From Sphyrna mokarran (Eukaryota): a stretch of 64,000 nucleotides of DNA. Under the pieces are notes generated by a model, which saw nothing but the letters and a program-made list of their open reading frames with translations, ran no database searches and was not told the DNA's origin. Position 1 is the stretch's first letter; each line of letters begins with the position of its first letter. The translations under genes and the position numbers were made by a program. Of this stretch, positions 23,021 through 37,240 are shown in pieces. The DNA lies in NCBI GenBank assembly GCA_024679065.1, contig JAGIQG010000015.1, forward strand, positions 41,354,001-41,418,000, given 5' to 3'.

Positions 23021-26000
23021 TCCAATTTCTGATACTTGAGCATTGACTTTAGGCTGAAATCCAACAGGTTTCTGGGTGGTGATTGTAGAAGACTACTTCA
23101 TTTTATATGTGTCTTTAAAGGAACACACTTTTAGGTACCAGTCAGCAATTTTGGGAGCCATGTTGGAGAGTTGCTTTATCATCTCCCCAAGTCTGTAGCT
23201 TTTTAATGTTTCTCCCTGACTTTCTTAATGCCTCAAATTTTTCTTCTTCTGTTTATATCTTACTGTCTCTCTGTTTCTGTTTTTCTTTCATTTTGTTTTT
23301 TATTTTATCTGTGCCTATTTGACCTTGCTTTCATCTGCTCGATTGTCTTTACCAAATTTTATCTTTTCGTGTTTTTCTCTCCCTTTTTCTGTTACTTTTT
23401 CTCTGTTTATTTTTCTTAATTTCTTGCAGCAGAGTGTTTTCTCTGGAGGTAAAAAATGAGATTGAAGAACAGCATTGTGAAATGGTCTCCTGTATACAGT
23501 GGAACTTGGAATAGGAAAAACAATTGGAGCTGAGGCTGATGGAGGCATTGGAATGGAAAATAATTCCCAAGAGTGTGGCCAGGAAGAAGTAAAACATTTT
23601 AGTGATGTGACATGAGTTGGAAGAGTAAGAGATAAAGTTCACAAAATTAATGAAGCAACAGAGTAGATTCCATAAGAACAGGAGAGGTCACTCTGCCCTT
23701 GAGCCTGCTCCATTGATTCAGATCCACTTGATGATCAAGTAGGTGCAGTTGTGACAGTTCAAGTAGGCATCAGAAAATTGAGTGGTATTTCTTGACATAA
23801 GCATTTCTCATTATAATCTTTTATGTAAGAGTGTGACCAGAAGTCATGACATTTGGAAATAAATGTTTTGAATACAAAATATGTAGCTTACATGAGACAG
23901 TTAATGTATTATACATGGGCTCAGACTTTGTGGTTGCAATGATGGTGAGACTGTCAGTGTTCACTGTCATTACAACTGTAAAGGTGACAGAAACTTCTCG
24001 CATCCACATATGTGAAACCCAGAAGGCATTTCAGTGATTCCATGCGCGTCCATGGATATGCTGTTGAAGTTCCCACAAATAGGGCAGAATTTGAAAGTTC
24101 CAAGCTGGCAGGTTTGCAAGTGCCAGGGGAGGGTTGTAACATTTTTCCTGGAGGCCTTCATGCCACAACCTGTCTACAGGGGGTTTGCCCAGATGAGGCC
24201 CTTAAGAGCTGTTGCTTGTCCAGCCTCAACATTTAGGCTAGTGAGAGCAGTTCAGAAATGGCAGGGAGGGGGCAACCTGGTACATTAACTGGGCTGTGAA
24301 TGGGGGAGTAGAGGTGGAACCTTCCACAAGAGCCTGTTTCTACATTCACCTGGCCCAGAGACCAGGATTGCTTGTAATCTCAATTCTGGCCAGTATTGAT
24401 ACTGGTACTGCTGGGACTACAGATCCGCTGTCCAGTCAGAGTGGCCAAGCAAGCAGTGGCAGCCCCATCTTAAGCCAATTAATGCCTCTGGGAACATGAA
24501 ATGGCTGCAGGATTGCCATGCACCAATGACTCTTTGAGTGATGGAGTAAGAAACCACAGCACCCAAAAAGGCCTGCTCATATAAATCTTCCAAAGTCAGT
24601 TCATGATGTAAGTCTCACTATAACATCATTGATTGTTATGTTATCATGGATGGATGGAATGAGGTGTAACTGAGTTTGCGATAATGTACTAAGTTCATAG
24701 CTGCTGCTAAACAATCATTCTGGCCTTGAGAAACTAATTTTGTATTTCTGGTTTGTCAGTTTTTCCAGTACAATGAAAATGCCATATCTTTTTCACTTGA
24801 TACTTTTGAAGATTACTCATATATCATTCTTTATATAATTATTACAATTGAGCTTAATAAAATTATTGTTTTTTGTGGCTGTAACTTGAAAACTTCATTT
24901 AGGGTAAATGAAGCGGAGGGGAGGGGGATTCATGTGACTGTTCTGAACTCTGCCCAATAGTTGGCCTAGGTGGTTTGATTGTTAGAGATCAAAGGAAGGC
25001 TGATGTTGTTTACTGAGAAGAAAATGCGAGGCATTTAGAGGGGGTTGGGGAAAAGGGTCCAACGATTGGTGGATGGGGGTAGGTGTTATGGGTTTGATGA
25101 TTAAGAGTGGACGGGATCCCCGAGACCTCTGTGGTGGGCTAAATGGAGGTTTATACAGATTATGATCAGCACACCTTGATGATCTGAGTACCAGGGTTTT
25201 GCCAATGTATTTAGACTCCTGCAAGTTAGCGTGAAACGCACCCCCTTGATTTTTTCTTAGCGGAGTGTCTTAAGATCTGGAGAGAAAACCGATCTGTTTC
25301 TTGTTGATTTTCTTGCCAGAAACAACACACTGCCAGTTTTTGTAAGATTTAGCCCCATGTTCTAGTGCCCTGTGAAGTGGATTAAATTACACCTTAAATA
25401 ATGTGATTTGAATAATCAAAGCAGTTTAGCTATTAAAAGCATGGTTACTCCAGATGAGAGAGTCATAGAATTGTTACAATACAGGAGGCCATTTAGCCCA
25501 TCATGTCTTCACCGACTCTCCAAAAATCATCGCACCCAAGGCCTGCGTTCTGGGCTCTGTGAGACAACAGTTAACCATTATGCCACCATGCTGCCCTTGG
25601 GAACTGATCTTTTTCAGTAGACTCAGAACTTAATAAGAGCAATTTTTATTTTACTACAGTTAGCAGTCAACTTGAGCAGCTTCTACAAGCAATGTTGTTG
25701 TTCAATTCAAGTAACTGCAGTAGCATTTTTTACTGTGAAGCTTTAAGGGTAATTGCTAGTAAGTAACCATATGCAAATTATGACCGTAATTCTCAAGTAG
25801 CTACAGTGCTTATTAAATCTAAAAATAACTGAGAATTCATTCTTCTTTTTGAAAATTTTGTGATATGAAATTATTTGTTTATAGTGTGAAATGAAGTGGC
25901 AAATCAATAATGCTGCCTTGAAGGCACTGTGAAATTCACATACATTTTTATTGCGAATTATTGCACTTTGAGCTGTATATTTAAACATTTCTTTCAGTTA

Positions 26001-26689
26001 TATACTGCTTTTTATTTGTTGGATTTCTACAGTTTGACTGGAGTGCCTTTAATGTATTTATGAAGTCAAGCTTCTGTGAATATTTATATGTAAAATTATG
26101 TCTTGGATTAGATTCCAAAAAAAAGGTTCTGTAAGACTGTCCTAGAGTTTATAATTCTTTGATATGTCTTCTTCAGTAAATTAGATAAAGCAAATAAAAG
26201 AAAGGAACATATCTAATAGGTCAAATGTTTTCTTGTTCAAAAATTGTTTTTTTTTAATAGATTTGTTTTTCAAATTGTCTACTTTCCAGGAGAGTAAGCT
26301 ATTGACCAAATGGAAGAGTATTTAAAATTACTTTTTAGCTGCGTCTGTTCTACCTTGCTCTTAAGAATGAGCAATAATCAGCTAGATACTCGTAGAGTAA
26401 CTCGATATTGTAAATGCTCTTTATTATGACTTCTGACCTCCTACTTTCAAGGGGCTAACTTTTCATGGTGCTGACCTGTGCTGATTCAAATGACGCTTTA
26501 TCCATGTCACTAGGTTGTTTTTTATTGGTCTTTGATCCTAATCAGAGGCCTCTAAGACAGGAGAATGCTGCTTGACTATTACTGAATTTTTCAATCTCTC
26601 ATATTCCAGTCTGCATGAAAAATCTGCAGTCATTGCTGCTGAAAATTTTGTTTTCCTGTGGGTATGTTCTTTCACCAGTCTTTGGTCTA

Positions 26690-27640
26690 ACACTTTGGTT
26701 TAGAAGGTCTCTAGTACATGACTAATTAGTTAGACATCCATGTGTCTCAGAAGATGATGGACTGTGCCCAAGGTGTATGTCACTTCTGCGTTGAACATTG
26801 TGAATTGTAGCTGTATAGTGAGTGGCAGTCCCTTCTGCTGCTGGCACAGATAATAGTGTTAGCCGGGGCTTGGCTGATAGTTTCATCCATTGGGTGCTCT
26901 TTTCTGCCATCTGGTCATTTTCATTACCCTGTGCTTTTTCTGTGCCTTTCCTGACTGCTCATTTTCAAGCATTCTGGTCAGCAGTGGGGACTTCAGTTAC
27001 AATCCTGGTCAACCTTGTTGGTGAATCCCCATGTCTGACACTCTGTCTTGACAGGAGATACCTGATATTCATCTGATCAGCTGAGGTGGAAGCTGTTCAG
27101 CCATTTTTCTTGGCTTAGATAAGTTGTTCCTGTCTCACTACTACAGAAAGAGAGCTGAGAACACAAGGCTGGTTAATGTGGAGCTTTATATTTTCATGTA
27201 GGTTGCTGTTGGTCCATGCTTGCCTTTTCAACTGTGACATGACAGCACTGGCCTTGGCAATCCAGTTGCTGATTGTTGTACTGAGGTAAAGGTTACATCA
27301 TGGCCTATAACTTGGTTCCTCTTGACAATTGTTATTTCAAGACTCCTTGCAGGCCCAGAGAACCAATCTATAAATTATTGCAAGTGAACTTCAGTATGGG
27401 ATGCAGCCCAGCATCAGCAGCAAACGGTAACTCACAGAGTAGGACATTACGCATTTTGGACTTGATGTGCAGTCTTGCCATGTTGAACAGCATTTTTAGT
27501 CCTGACATGCAGGTAGACATCCTCATTTGAATCACTGCAAGTGTACAATAGCGCAGCATGGTGAAAGATATGCCAATGACAGGACATGGCCTTGCTTTAC
27601 CTCACTGCTGAACTTGGAAGCATCATGTCCATAAGACACG
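26690..27640 (-). mobile_element. RTE-clade LINE 3' part, decayed
   Basis: Minus-strand remnants of the RTE C-terminus, with a DCHS-like zinc-finger region near 26800-26830 and a post-RT region at 27150-27560. Confidence 0.55.
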
Positions 27641-27879
27641 AAAGAGATCATAAAGTGTATATATTAAATCTTTCTACTTATTAAAGAGATAAAATGACTT
27701 TTCTGGATCAAAAACTTGGCTTGCTATATGTCACATGATTTGTAAGTTGCTGATAGTTCTGGGAACTTCCAATAGTAATTATAGGACAAAGCTCAATGCT
27801 CATCTTTGTGGAATCTCATCCTTATCATTATGTGGGATGAGATGATTTTACAATCAATGACATAAGGGAGTAGAGGATA

Positions 27880-28544
27880 GATGGCAACCATCTATATCAC
27901 TGACCACTGGATTTTGACCAGAGACATAGAAACTATTTGTTAACCTGAAACTGATTCGCCAGTGAATAACACCACACGACCTAAGCTCTTTTGGCCTTTG
28001 GAATGCAGTCTGCTCTTAACATCTAGTCTGTCAACACCAAAACACGACTCTAGGCTGGCAACAAAACCTGTCTCAAGTCTAAATTTGCTTGAAGCCTCAT
28101 TCAATAAAAGATTCCTGCCATCAGATCAAGTCTTTATATGCTAACCTCACCTTTCTACATGATCCTCAACTTTGAAGGAATGACAATTGAACCCACTGAA
28201 CCCTTACTGGATTCTGATATTCTGGACTCCAACATTCATATGAATTAATGTTCTTATCTTTGTTTTTGTTCTAAGGTATACTTGCTTTCCTTTCCAATCT
28301 CTTGTGTGCTTCTGTGTGTATGTGATTGTGATGACCATATTCTGGGTTTGAATATATGAATAAACAATACTTATCACTTAACCCTGAAAGAGAACTTGTT
28401 ACGAGTCAGTTCAAAATTGACTCCTCAAACAGATAGTTTGGGGAAACATGCCACAGTCTATTTCAAAAATTAAATCACCTCTGCTTATGGGCAGGCAGTG
28501 CAAAAATAAAGGACTTCAGTTTGCAATTCATCCCTGTCTGTAAC
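27880..28544 (+). mobile_element. Possible solo LTR
   Basis: tgtgtg tract, AATAAA and a terminal tgtaaca; similar layout to 29320-29985. Confidence 0.3.
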
Positions 28545-28681
28545 AGAAGTCTTTTGAAACTTACACATTCTCACACAAATAAGAAATAACGCCCAAGAGT
28601 CCAGCCTGGAAGTCTATTTTACGCAGCAGTTCAAAGAGTCTGTCTTTGCCGACAAGGTCAAAGGCTTGGTGAGGTACATGA

Positions 28682-29005
28682 GGGCAACACGGTGGCACTA
28701 TGGTTAACGCTGTTTCATAGTGCCAGAAACCTGGGTTCAGTTCTTATGTGGAGTTTGTATATTCTCCCTGTGTCTGCATGAGTTTCCTCCAGGTGCTTGT
28801 TTCCTCTTTCAGTCCAAAGATGCGCAAGTTAGGTCGATTGACGATGATAAATTGCTCCTTAGTGTCCCAAAAGGTGTAGGTTAGGGGATTAACAGCGTAA
28901 ATATGTGGGGTTACGGGAATAGGGTATGGATGACATTCTCTGTTGAGAGTCGGTGCAGACTTGATGGGCTGAATGGCTGCTTTTATTACTGTAGGGATTT
29001 TATGA
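28682..29005 (+). mobile_element. HE1-like V-SINE with CR1-type tail
   Basis: Head gggcaacacggtggcactatggttaac; V-domain gtggagtttgtatattctccctgtgtctgc; tail gatgggctgaatggctgc...ctgtagggattttatg. Confidence 0.85.
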
Positions 29006-29319
29006 ATTAGGAAAAGATTGCCTTATGTGTTAATGAGGTGCTCTTTTTGATTATGGCGATAGTGCCAACTCAGGCCTCACCCCCTTGGCTTTGCCCCAGC
29101 ACTCAGGCAATGTCAAGATGACTGGTCAGCACTGCATACTACCCACCCATCCTCCTGACCATCCAGAGATTTCAATGGCCTCTGAGTCCCCTGGGACTTG
29201 CACCTGTTTTCCACTTGTGGGAGTTGGGAGAATTTTTATGTCGGATTGGCAATGCATATTTACATGCTTCATATTAAATCAGCTCCATGCTCTTTCTGGA
29301 AATGATCATTTTGTGTCAT

Positions 29320-29985
29320 TAGAAAAGGACTAATGTGGACAGTGGAATACATCGATACTGTTGTTGCATGACTGCAACTGACTGGAGAGAGAGCTGATAC
29401 CTTATTCATTCCCAAAGAAAGCCCAGCAAGCAAGCTGAAACAAGCACATCAGAAAGAGAGATCTTGCCCAGAAAAAAGGAAAAGCCCTGCGTTACAAAGA
29501 AAACCATCTCAGGCAATGAAGAGGCATTAATTTGTATAACCTACAAGATTATTATCATTTCTCTACAGTGGTGTAAGTTACAATCTGAAAAATGAGAAAT
29601 CTCCATTCTTGAGGAACCAGGAGAGAATCCTTGAACCACGTAATGTTTTCAATTGTTATATTAAGGACTACAAGGAAATAACCTGTTTCTATTACCCCTT
29701 CTAGTAATCTAAGTTCATGTCACATCTTTAGAAATTATACTTTCTTGTGTGTGTTCCTGTGTATGTATGACTGTGTGTTTGGAGAGTGGGGGTTTGTTGT
29801 GTTTACATTTTGGATATTGTGAAAATAAATGTAATTTTGATTTAAATTCATAAGAAAGCCTGCTTGTGCCTATTCTTTAAATTCACAGCATTCAAGGGGT
29901 TAAAATACTCTGCTGTAAATACGTTTGTTGTCGTCATTGGGAGAGGAATGAAAATTACCCCACATCTATCCCCAACCATCACAAT
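29320..29985 (+). mobile_element. Possible solo LTR
   Basis: tgtgtg tract, aataaa and a ...ccatcaca end; resembles 27880-28544. Confidence 0.25.
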
Positions 29986-31789
29986 GACCAAGACAGTGGA
30001 TAACAGAATCTGGATGAGTTAGATTTTGTTTATGCTAGGTGGGTATTGGAGAAGTTGAGTCTACCAATTAAATGAGATCTCAAACAGTAGGGTTAGAGGG
30101 TAACTGTTATGGAAGTGGATGAAGGCAAGCTCTGTGATTGTGGAATTTTACAATCAGCTTTGGGTCATGGTTGTGAGCCATTGGATCCAACCTAAACAAG
30201 CAGCTGGGAACAGGAATCGAATTGAGATCAATGGGATGGTGTTTCCGCTGGGAGCTGAAAAGGTTCTGTCTTGCCAGTTCAGATGGAGGCAGTTCTGGAT
30301 CCCCCAAAAGCAAATTAATACATTTGTCTTTGTTACATTAGAAGAGAAATATCATGCAGTCATTATTATTCCTTTTAAAAATCCATATGACTGTGTGTTT
30401 TCATAAAACGCATATTTGTAGAAGATCATTCACAAGCAGCTGTTATCCAAAACTGGCCTGAACTAGGGAAAATCAAGTGGAACTTAAATTACTTTCAGAC
30501 TCTTAGCAAGTTCTTCCAGATGTATGACGAGCTTGTGGTCTGCAGTTAGTAATAATCGTTACATAACGTGTGTTTTATTATTTTCTGTGTGCCTTCACAA
30601 ATGAATGCAAAATTCAATAGGAATGAGCATCACAATTGACATTATTTTTAATTTGAGCCCTGCCATAAATCAGATATACTCACATCGTACCTGTGTAGTC
30701 TGCTGTAGAATTGTTTTTTTCTCCATTCAGGTGACATTGAATTTGTACGAGACAATTTAAAGCTTTTTATAATTATCTAAAATCCCAGAGATAATCTTTG
30801 TACAGTCATTGTATGTTGCTGACAGAGGATTACCGATTGGAGTCTCCATCAATCATAATCCTTATTTCCTCACTACCCCTTGACCAAACCTTCCCTTCTC
30901 AGTGCCAAGCTCCCCACCTCTCCCAATGCAGAAGCACTAATAAACCCTTTCTAAACCCAGATTATTGAAATCTGTGGAACACTGTTGGATTCTACTCACA
31001 GCATTTAGAGCACCATTGCACATCCTCCCTAACCCGACCATCACAATCTCTCAGTCTCCCAGTTTTGCTAAAGGGTTCTTCAGGGTTTTCTGTTTTCTGC
31101 CTGTGGACAGGGAACCCACTCAAAGGAGTCCTGCCGTTGTGACAAAACAACAGGGAAAACTTGTTCTTCTGCGTTTCCAATTTCACAATACTAAACCACC
31201 ACCACTACCACCACAATTCTCAATTCACCAGCTAAAATCCACATCTATGTTCTTGAAGAAAATTATCCCACATATTATGAAAACAAGAAGCCACTAGTAC
31301 CAGCCTGTTTTTGAGGAAAACATTTTTGACTCCTTTGTAATTTTGAGGGGAAGAAAAATTTAATATCCAGTATTCCTTATTGTGTGTTTGCTGCAGGGCT
31401 GTAAGTTCTGAACAATATTTCAATGACAAGTTATCATTTCGAATGATATTTAAAATCCACTTGGGATTTTGCAGTTATAATCAGAGAAGTTCTAGGCTAT
31501 CAATAGTTTTTCTCTTCATTGTTTTCATCTTCCTCTTTATCTTACCAGCCATGTGTGCCCACTATTAAACAGGAATCACTGGGTAGCAATCAGGGGCAAG
31601 ATTCCTGTTCACTTGTTCCCCAGCAACAAGAGCATTGGCTAGCGATTGAAACTATTACACCTTTTTTGTCAAATACTTAAGATACGTTGCTATGCTGAAG
31701 ACACTGATTAAGTGCAATTTGATGTGTAGATGTTGATGAGGTGTTTTGCAACTTTGGCATCTTTTTAATCCTGATCTGAGCTTGTGATC

Positions 31790-32060
31790 ACATATTCTGC
31801 CTTTTACAGAGACTGCTTAATTCTACCTTTGTGACGTTGCCCAATTCCTCGCCAACTTGACTCATCTGCTACTGAAACGCTCATTCATACTTTAGTTAGG
31901 CCTTGACTCACATATTACATTGCTCTGTTGACCAGGCTCCTATCTTGCACAATACATCAACTTGAACTCATCCAAATTTCTATTGCCTATACCTTAACTT
32001 GTACCAAGTCCCACGTTACCCACCACCTTTATGCTTACTGATCTATATTTTGCTCCTTGT
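31790..32060 (+). mobile_element. L2 LINE RT C-terminal fragment
   Basis: SSATETLIHTL, LDS and LELIQ remnants, resembling the L2 motif AETLIHAFVTSRLDY. Confidence 0.55.
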
Positions 32061-32336
32061 CTGACAAGATCCTGAGTTTTGAAGGAATCCAGCTTGCAAC
32101 ATTAGACATTAAAATGAAATATAATAACATTTTATGTTGAATCTTTATCCAAGTCACAAAAACACACTTTGTTTTTCTGCTGTTATTGTAGACTTCTCCC
32201 CTTTGGGTACTTTCTAAACATTTCTTTTGTTTTATTGTATCAAATCTGTCTACTTTTGTCTTGCGCTTTGCTGATTTGTGAATGCTTTCCTTAATGCTTT
32301 TTTAATGTTTGCATTAAGCTTTTTCTCCTTTGACAG

Positions 32337-32372
32337 TCATGACAATAGAGAAAAAATGTTGCCTCCACCCCA
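32337..32372 (+). CDS. Candidate 36-nt phase-2/phase-2 microexon of the host gene (xHDNREKMLPPPx)
   Basis: Acceptor ttttctcctttgacag, donor ca|gtgagg. The frame is open and compatible with the phase-2 acceptor at 37992. No homology recognised. Confidence 0.35.
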
Positions 32373-35334
32373 GTGAGGTAATTTTGTTATCTTGTGTCTG
32401 AAATCTTCATAGCAGAGAGAACATACACCCATCAAGACAGAATCAAATTCAGGTCTCAATGAATCCAGTGTTTCCAGTTAACTCCTGAATGGTTTCATTT
32501 TTCATTAGATTTATTTTAAATTGCTTTGATTTTGCAGGTACACGGTGAATGTAGCAGCATATTGTCTAGTTTTGAACATTGCCACTGTCTAAATTTAGCT
32601 TATGTAAGCTAACCCAAGAGAGTGTGTGTGATGAGTGTTGCAGACTAATGGCTTCAACCTAACATCTGTTTGCTGCCTCGGCACACAGCATATATCAACA
32701 AAATATTTTTAGTGACTGAAATAAAGTGTATTATGATATACAGGATCTAAAACCCAGATTCACTGACGGATGAACAGTTTAACATGCAATGACTAAACTG
32801 TGTACAGAGGATGGCGAGGTGCATTCAACACAGTTATTGGAAGCTGCTTCTGACTCTGAGTGGAAATTCCCCTGAGGCAAAAGCTGTTTACCATTTGCAG
32901 GGGAATTGAATTGCGCTGGTTTCATCAGATTTCTCTCGCAGTACAATGATATCTTCTGGGCTCCTGTGAACAAAAATAAATGAATGAGAAAGGGAGGCAA
33001 AACAATTGCAGTTTTGAATATTTTGTTATTTGCAACTGGCTTTGTAAAATCAAGTTATTGACATTTTTCAGCTGTTTAAAACAATTTAATCAGTCTCAAA
33101 ACAGATAATTAAACATAAATGAGAAAGAATGCAGACTAAATGCATTTTTTCTCATTTTTCTTTGTTCCCAAGATCATTGGCTATCTGCCAAATTCCTGTT
33201 CCGTGGGGTCCAGACACCTTTTGGGTTTACCTATAACACCATTGTTAATCAGAGAGCTTCAACAGTGAATGCTAGCAAGCACTGCAGTGAGGACAGGAGG
33301 GGTATGAAGTAGAGTGCAGAGTGAGACGGAGGGGGGAGTTGGGTGTCACTATATTCCATCCTATTCTCATTGAGCATGAGACTTAAACAAAAGTCACTTG
33401 ATACTAGCTAAGTGAGAATCGTGATTTCTTTTCTCCTTTCTAACCTATGACCATGAGGGCCCCCCTCATCATTCTGCTTTGTAGCAGCTAGCTAAACACA
33501 GACTGGGGAATCAAACTTGTATTAACTTCCTGGTCTGAATGGTGTTGCTACAGCTGGATAACCTTCCTGAGTCATTGATGCCCCATAAAATTTCAAGGTT
33601 AAAAAAAAATGCAGAGCAAACAAATTGCACCAGTTAGGAATCTGCCTATTTAATTAAAAAAAGACAAATGCGCTTTCTGGTTGAGTCAGAATTAGAAAAA
33701 AGAAACAGCTGATTATTTCAATAGGTACAGTTCAAAGTTTAGGAAAAATCCAAGTGGCTGTTTTCTTGGTACAAAATGTGACTGTAACTAAATAGCACTG
33801 ATGTAAATGATTCTTTTGCATTAGTGTGATGGATGGATTTGGGTCCTGAGGTCAGTTGTAAACTATTGGCTTGAAAATGAAGGAAAAACATGCATTAGTA
33901 CGTTTTTATTCCGAGCAATCAAGCATTACCAACCTGAGTACATCATAGACTTCAAGGCATTGGTATCGATGGATTGGACTAAGGGGCTTTTGGCAAAAGA
34001 ATTTCCCTTTGAAGATTTTAGCAGGAGATGGCTGCTGACATTTCCATGGCTTAAAAGGTCAACATGTCTTCGAGAAATGCATGTGTAGTTCTGCCAACAA
34101 TTAAAATGAGGAAAAATGCTCTAATCACAAAGTTTTTTTTATCTGTCTGAGAACTTTTGCTTTCATACCTCTGCTTAAAAAAAACCTGAGACAAACCAAT
34201 GTACAATGGTGGTGATTTATACTCTTAGCAGACTTGTCTGCCCATGTCTCGGCTTGATTTAAATTCTGCTGCATTTGTTTCATTTTTTTTGAAGGCAAAT
34301 AATACTTTTGAAGTCTGACCTTTTGAATCCTCCAAACGGCTCAGTGTGAAAATATCCAGGTCACCCTTCTTTGGCACTGTGGGGGCATGCTGACAGAATC
34401 TATGAAATGACAATTTGTTGCTGAAGCTATCAGTCGAAACTGCCAGGAATATTTTCTTTCTGCACACATGAATCCATTTTTTGTCCCCTTTGGAATGCAC
34501 ACACAAAGCATTCAGGATGAAAACTGAAACGTTGTGACAAATAAACACATGCATTAATATGATTTTTTTTGCAGTACTGAGCCTCAGTTATGTTTGCGAA
34601 CCTTCAGTCACATTTGTACGTGTGGCATTAAACAAATATCTGTATCCTTTCGGCTACATAGTAGTATAGGAGAGAAGAAACAATGTTTCTATAAATATGC
34701 AAAGTACAGTTCGGCATTTTGTTGCAAACCTATCTTTAACTTGATTTCACGGTTATAGAAAGAGAAGGAAAGGATAAAGTGAAAGTCAAATGCATTTGCT
34801 GAGGCAATGTGGATGATTTCTTTATACTGCTCATTGGTATTGCAAAGTTCAAATTCCTCAAAATGCCTTGTGTCTCTTCAACCTCCTTACTTCTTCCCTC
34901 ACCCAGACTGACAAGAAGGTATTTGTAGTTCTCTGCAGTCCTGCTTAATTATATACTGCTGGGAAATGTGCAATAGCAGTGTATGTTGTGAGCCATCTGG
35001 TATTTTTACTCTCTTTCCCATCTAGTTCTAATTAGTGCCTTTTGCCAAGATCTTCTGCAGAGGCCGGTAACATAGGAACAGGAGTAGACCATTTAGCCTT
35101 TCGGTCCTGTTTTGTTATTCAGTTAGATCATGGCTAATCTTAATCTAAATCATCATGCCTGCCTTTCCCAATAATCCCTTTGATACCTTTAGTTGACATA
35201 ATTTTAATCTTAAAGATTGATAAAAGTAACAACTGAGATTCATAGCACAGCACAGAAAGAGGCCCTTTGGCTCATCACTGTAATGATGGCTCAACCATCA
35301 GTTCTCCATTATTGTTCTGTGAAACTGACTAATT

Positions 35335-35635
35335 TGATTTGATTTATTGTCATGTGTATTAATATACAGTGAAAAGTATTGTTTTCTTGCATGCTGTACA
35401 AAGCATACCATTCATAGAGTAGGGAAAGAGAGAATGCAGAATGTAGTGTTACAGTCATAGCCAGAGTGTAAAGATGAACTTAATGTGAGAGATAGGTCCA
35501 TTCAGAAGTCTGTCAGAAGCAGGAAAGAAGCTGTTCTTGAGTTGGTTTGCACATGACCACAGACTTTTGTATCCTTTTCTTGACAGAAGAAGGTAGAAGA
35601 GGGAATATCCAGGGTGCGTGGGGTCATTAATTATG
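35335..35635 (-). mobile_element. Rex1/Babar-like LINE 3' end
   Basis: Tail ttgatttgatttattgtcatgtg...atacagtgaaaagtatt and body ggaaagaagctgttcttgag. Confidence 0.55.
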
Positions 35636-35944
35636 CTTAATTTCCAGTATCCTCACCTACACACTTGACACAGAAATCAGAAGTTGCTGTCAGTGATTCT
35701 TTGCTCCCCAGCTGGATGCATTGCTGATGTCCTCACCAATTGAAATCTTGGAAATAACTTGAATCAATGTGAACTTCCCTATTTTTGCTATTGTAGCTAC
35801 TCTTATCAATGTCAAGGTATGCTATGGTTATCTGTCTCACATTATTTTCACAAATCCACTGTGGCTCATCTGCAACTGCTCTGTCATCCAATTATGTCAA
35901 TAATCAAATAATTAGGAATGATTACTCCCTCACCAGGACAATGA

Positions 35945-36100
35945 ATTAATTTAAGGAGGAGTTGGACAGATTCTTAATTGGTAATGGGTTGAAGAATTAT
36001 GGGGAGCAGGCAGGAAAATGGGGATGAGGAGTATATCAGCCGTGTTTGAATGTTGGAGCAGACTCAATGGCCCAAATGACCTACTATCTTATGAACTTAC
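35945..36100 (+). mobile_element. CR1 3' end fragment
   Basis: tttaaggaggagttggacagattctt ... gactcaatggcccaaatgacctact. Confidence 0.65.
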
Positions 36101-36149
36101 GAAACTGAATATTATCAAACCTATGGTTTTATGGAAAATAAATCATGTT

Positions 36150-37240
36150 TGACACGCATCCTCAAAGAATTTGAGCAAATAACAGGAGGAGTAGATAGAG
36201 GAGTTGTGGTGTATTTAGATTTCCAAAAGGCATTGACAAGGTTAGGCATAAGAGGCTGGCGCATAAAGTAAAAACACATGGAATTGGAGGAAGTGTGTTT
36301 GCATGGATTGAAAACTGGCTGTCACCTAGAAAATAGTGTGTTAGAATAAATGGGTCCTTTTCAGAGTGCAAACGTGTAACTACTGGAGTACTGCAAGGAT
36401 CAGTTCATGACCCGCAATAATTCACTATTTACATTAATAACTTGGAGGAAGGAATGGAATATACAGTTTCCACATTTACTGATGATACGAGGATAGGTGG
36501 AAGGGCATGTTGTGATGAGGATATTGTGATTCTGCAATGGGATATAGATAGATTGGGTGACTGGCAAAAATCTGATAATGTGAGGAAGTGTGATGTCATG
36601 CATTTTGAAAGGAGGAATCAAAAGGCAGATTATCTAAATACAGAGTGTGCAGGTGAATGAAGTACAGATGGATATAGGTGTTCTTGTGCATGAATCATAA
36701 AAAGCTAGCAGGCAAGTCCAAGAAGTAGTTAAGATGGCAAATGGCATTTTGGCCTTTATTACAAAGGGGTTGAAGTTTAAAAATAAGGAGGTTTTGCTGC
36801 AATTATACAAGGTGTTGGTGAGGCCTCATCTGAAATAATGCATGCAGTTTTAGTCCCCTTACTTTAAGATGTTGAAACATTGGAGGCAGTCTAAGGGAGA
36901 TTCACCAGGCTAACCCCTGGGATAAGACGGTTGTCCTATCAAGAGAGAAGAAATAGTTTGGATCTGTATTCCTTGTCATTTAGAAGAGTGAGGGGTGACT
37001 GTATTCAAAATCAAGATCTGAGAGGGCTTGACAGGTCAATGGTGAGATGTTTTCACTAGTGGGAGAGTCTCAAACAAGAGGGCATAGCTACAAGATAAAG
37101 GGCCAGTCATTTAAAACTAAGATGCATAGAAATTTCTTTTTGCACAGACTGGTGGATCTCTGGAATTCTTTGCTTCAAAGGATGGTGGAGGCTGGATCAT
37201 TAGAAGATTCAAAGTGGAGGTGGATACATAATTGATAGAA
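36150..37240 (+). mobile_element. CR1 LINE reverse transcriptase, decayed
   Basis: VVYLDFQKA, AWIENWL, STFTDDTRIGG, LQWDIDRLGDW, LQLYKVLVRPHL and GESQTRGHSYKIKG motifs with stops and frameshifts. Confidence 0.9.

Noticed and set aside
32520-32545. Recursive splice site motif tttgcag|gtacac (also 30730 and 41255)
   Set aside because: The reconstituted donors are weak, and such motifs are expected by chance in 64 kb of AT-rich DNA.
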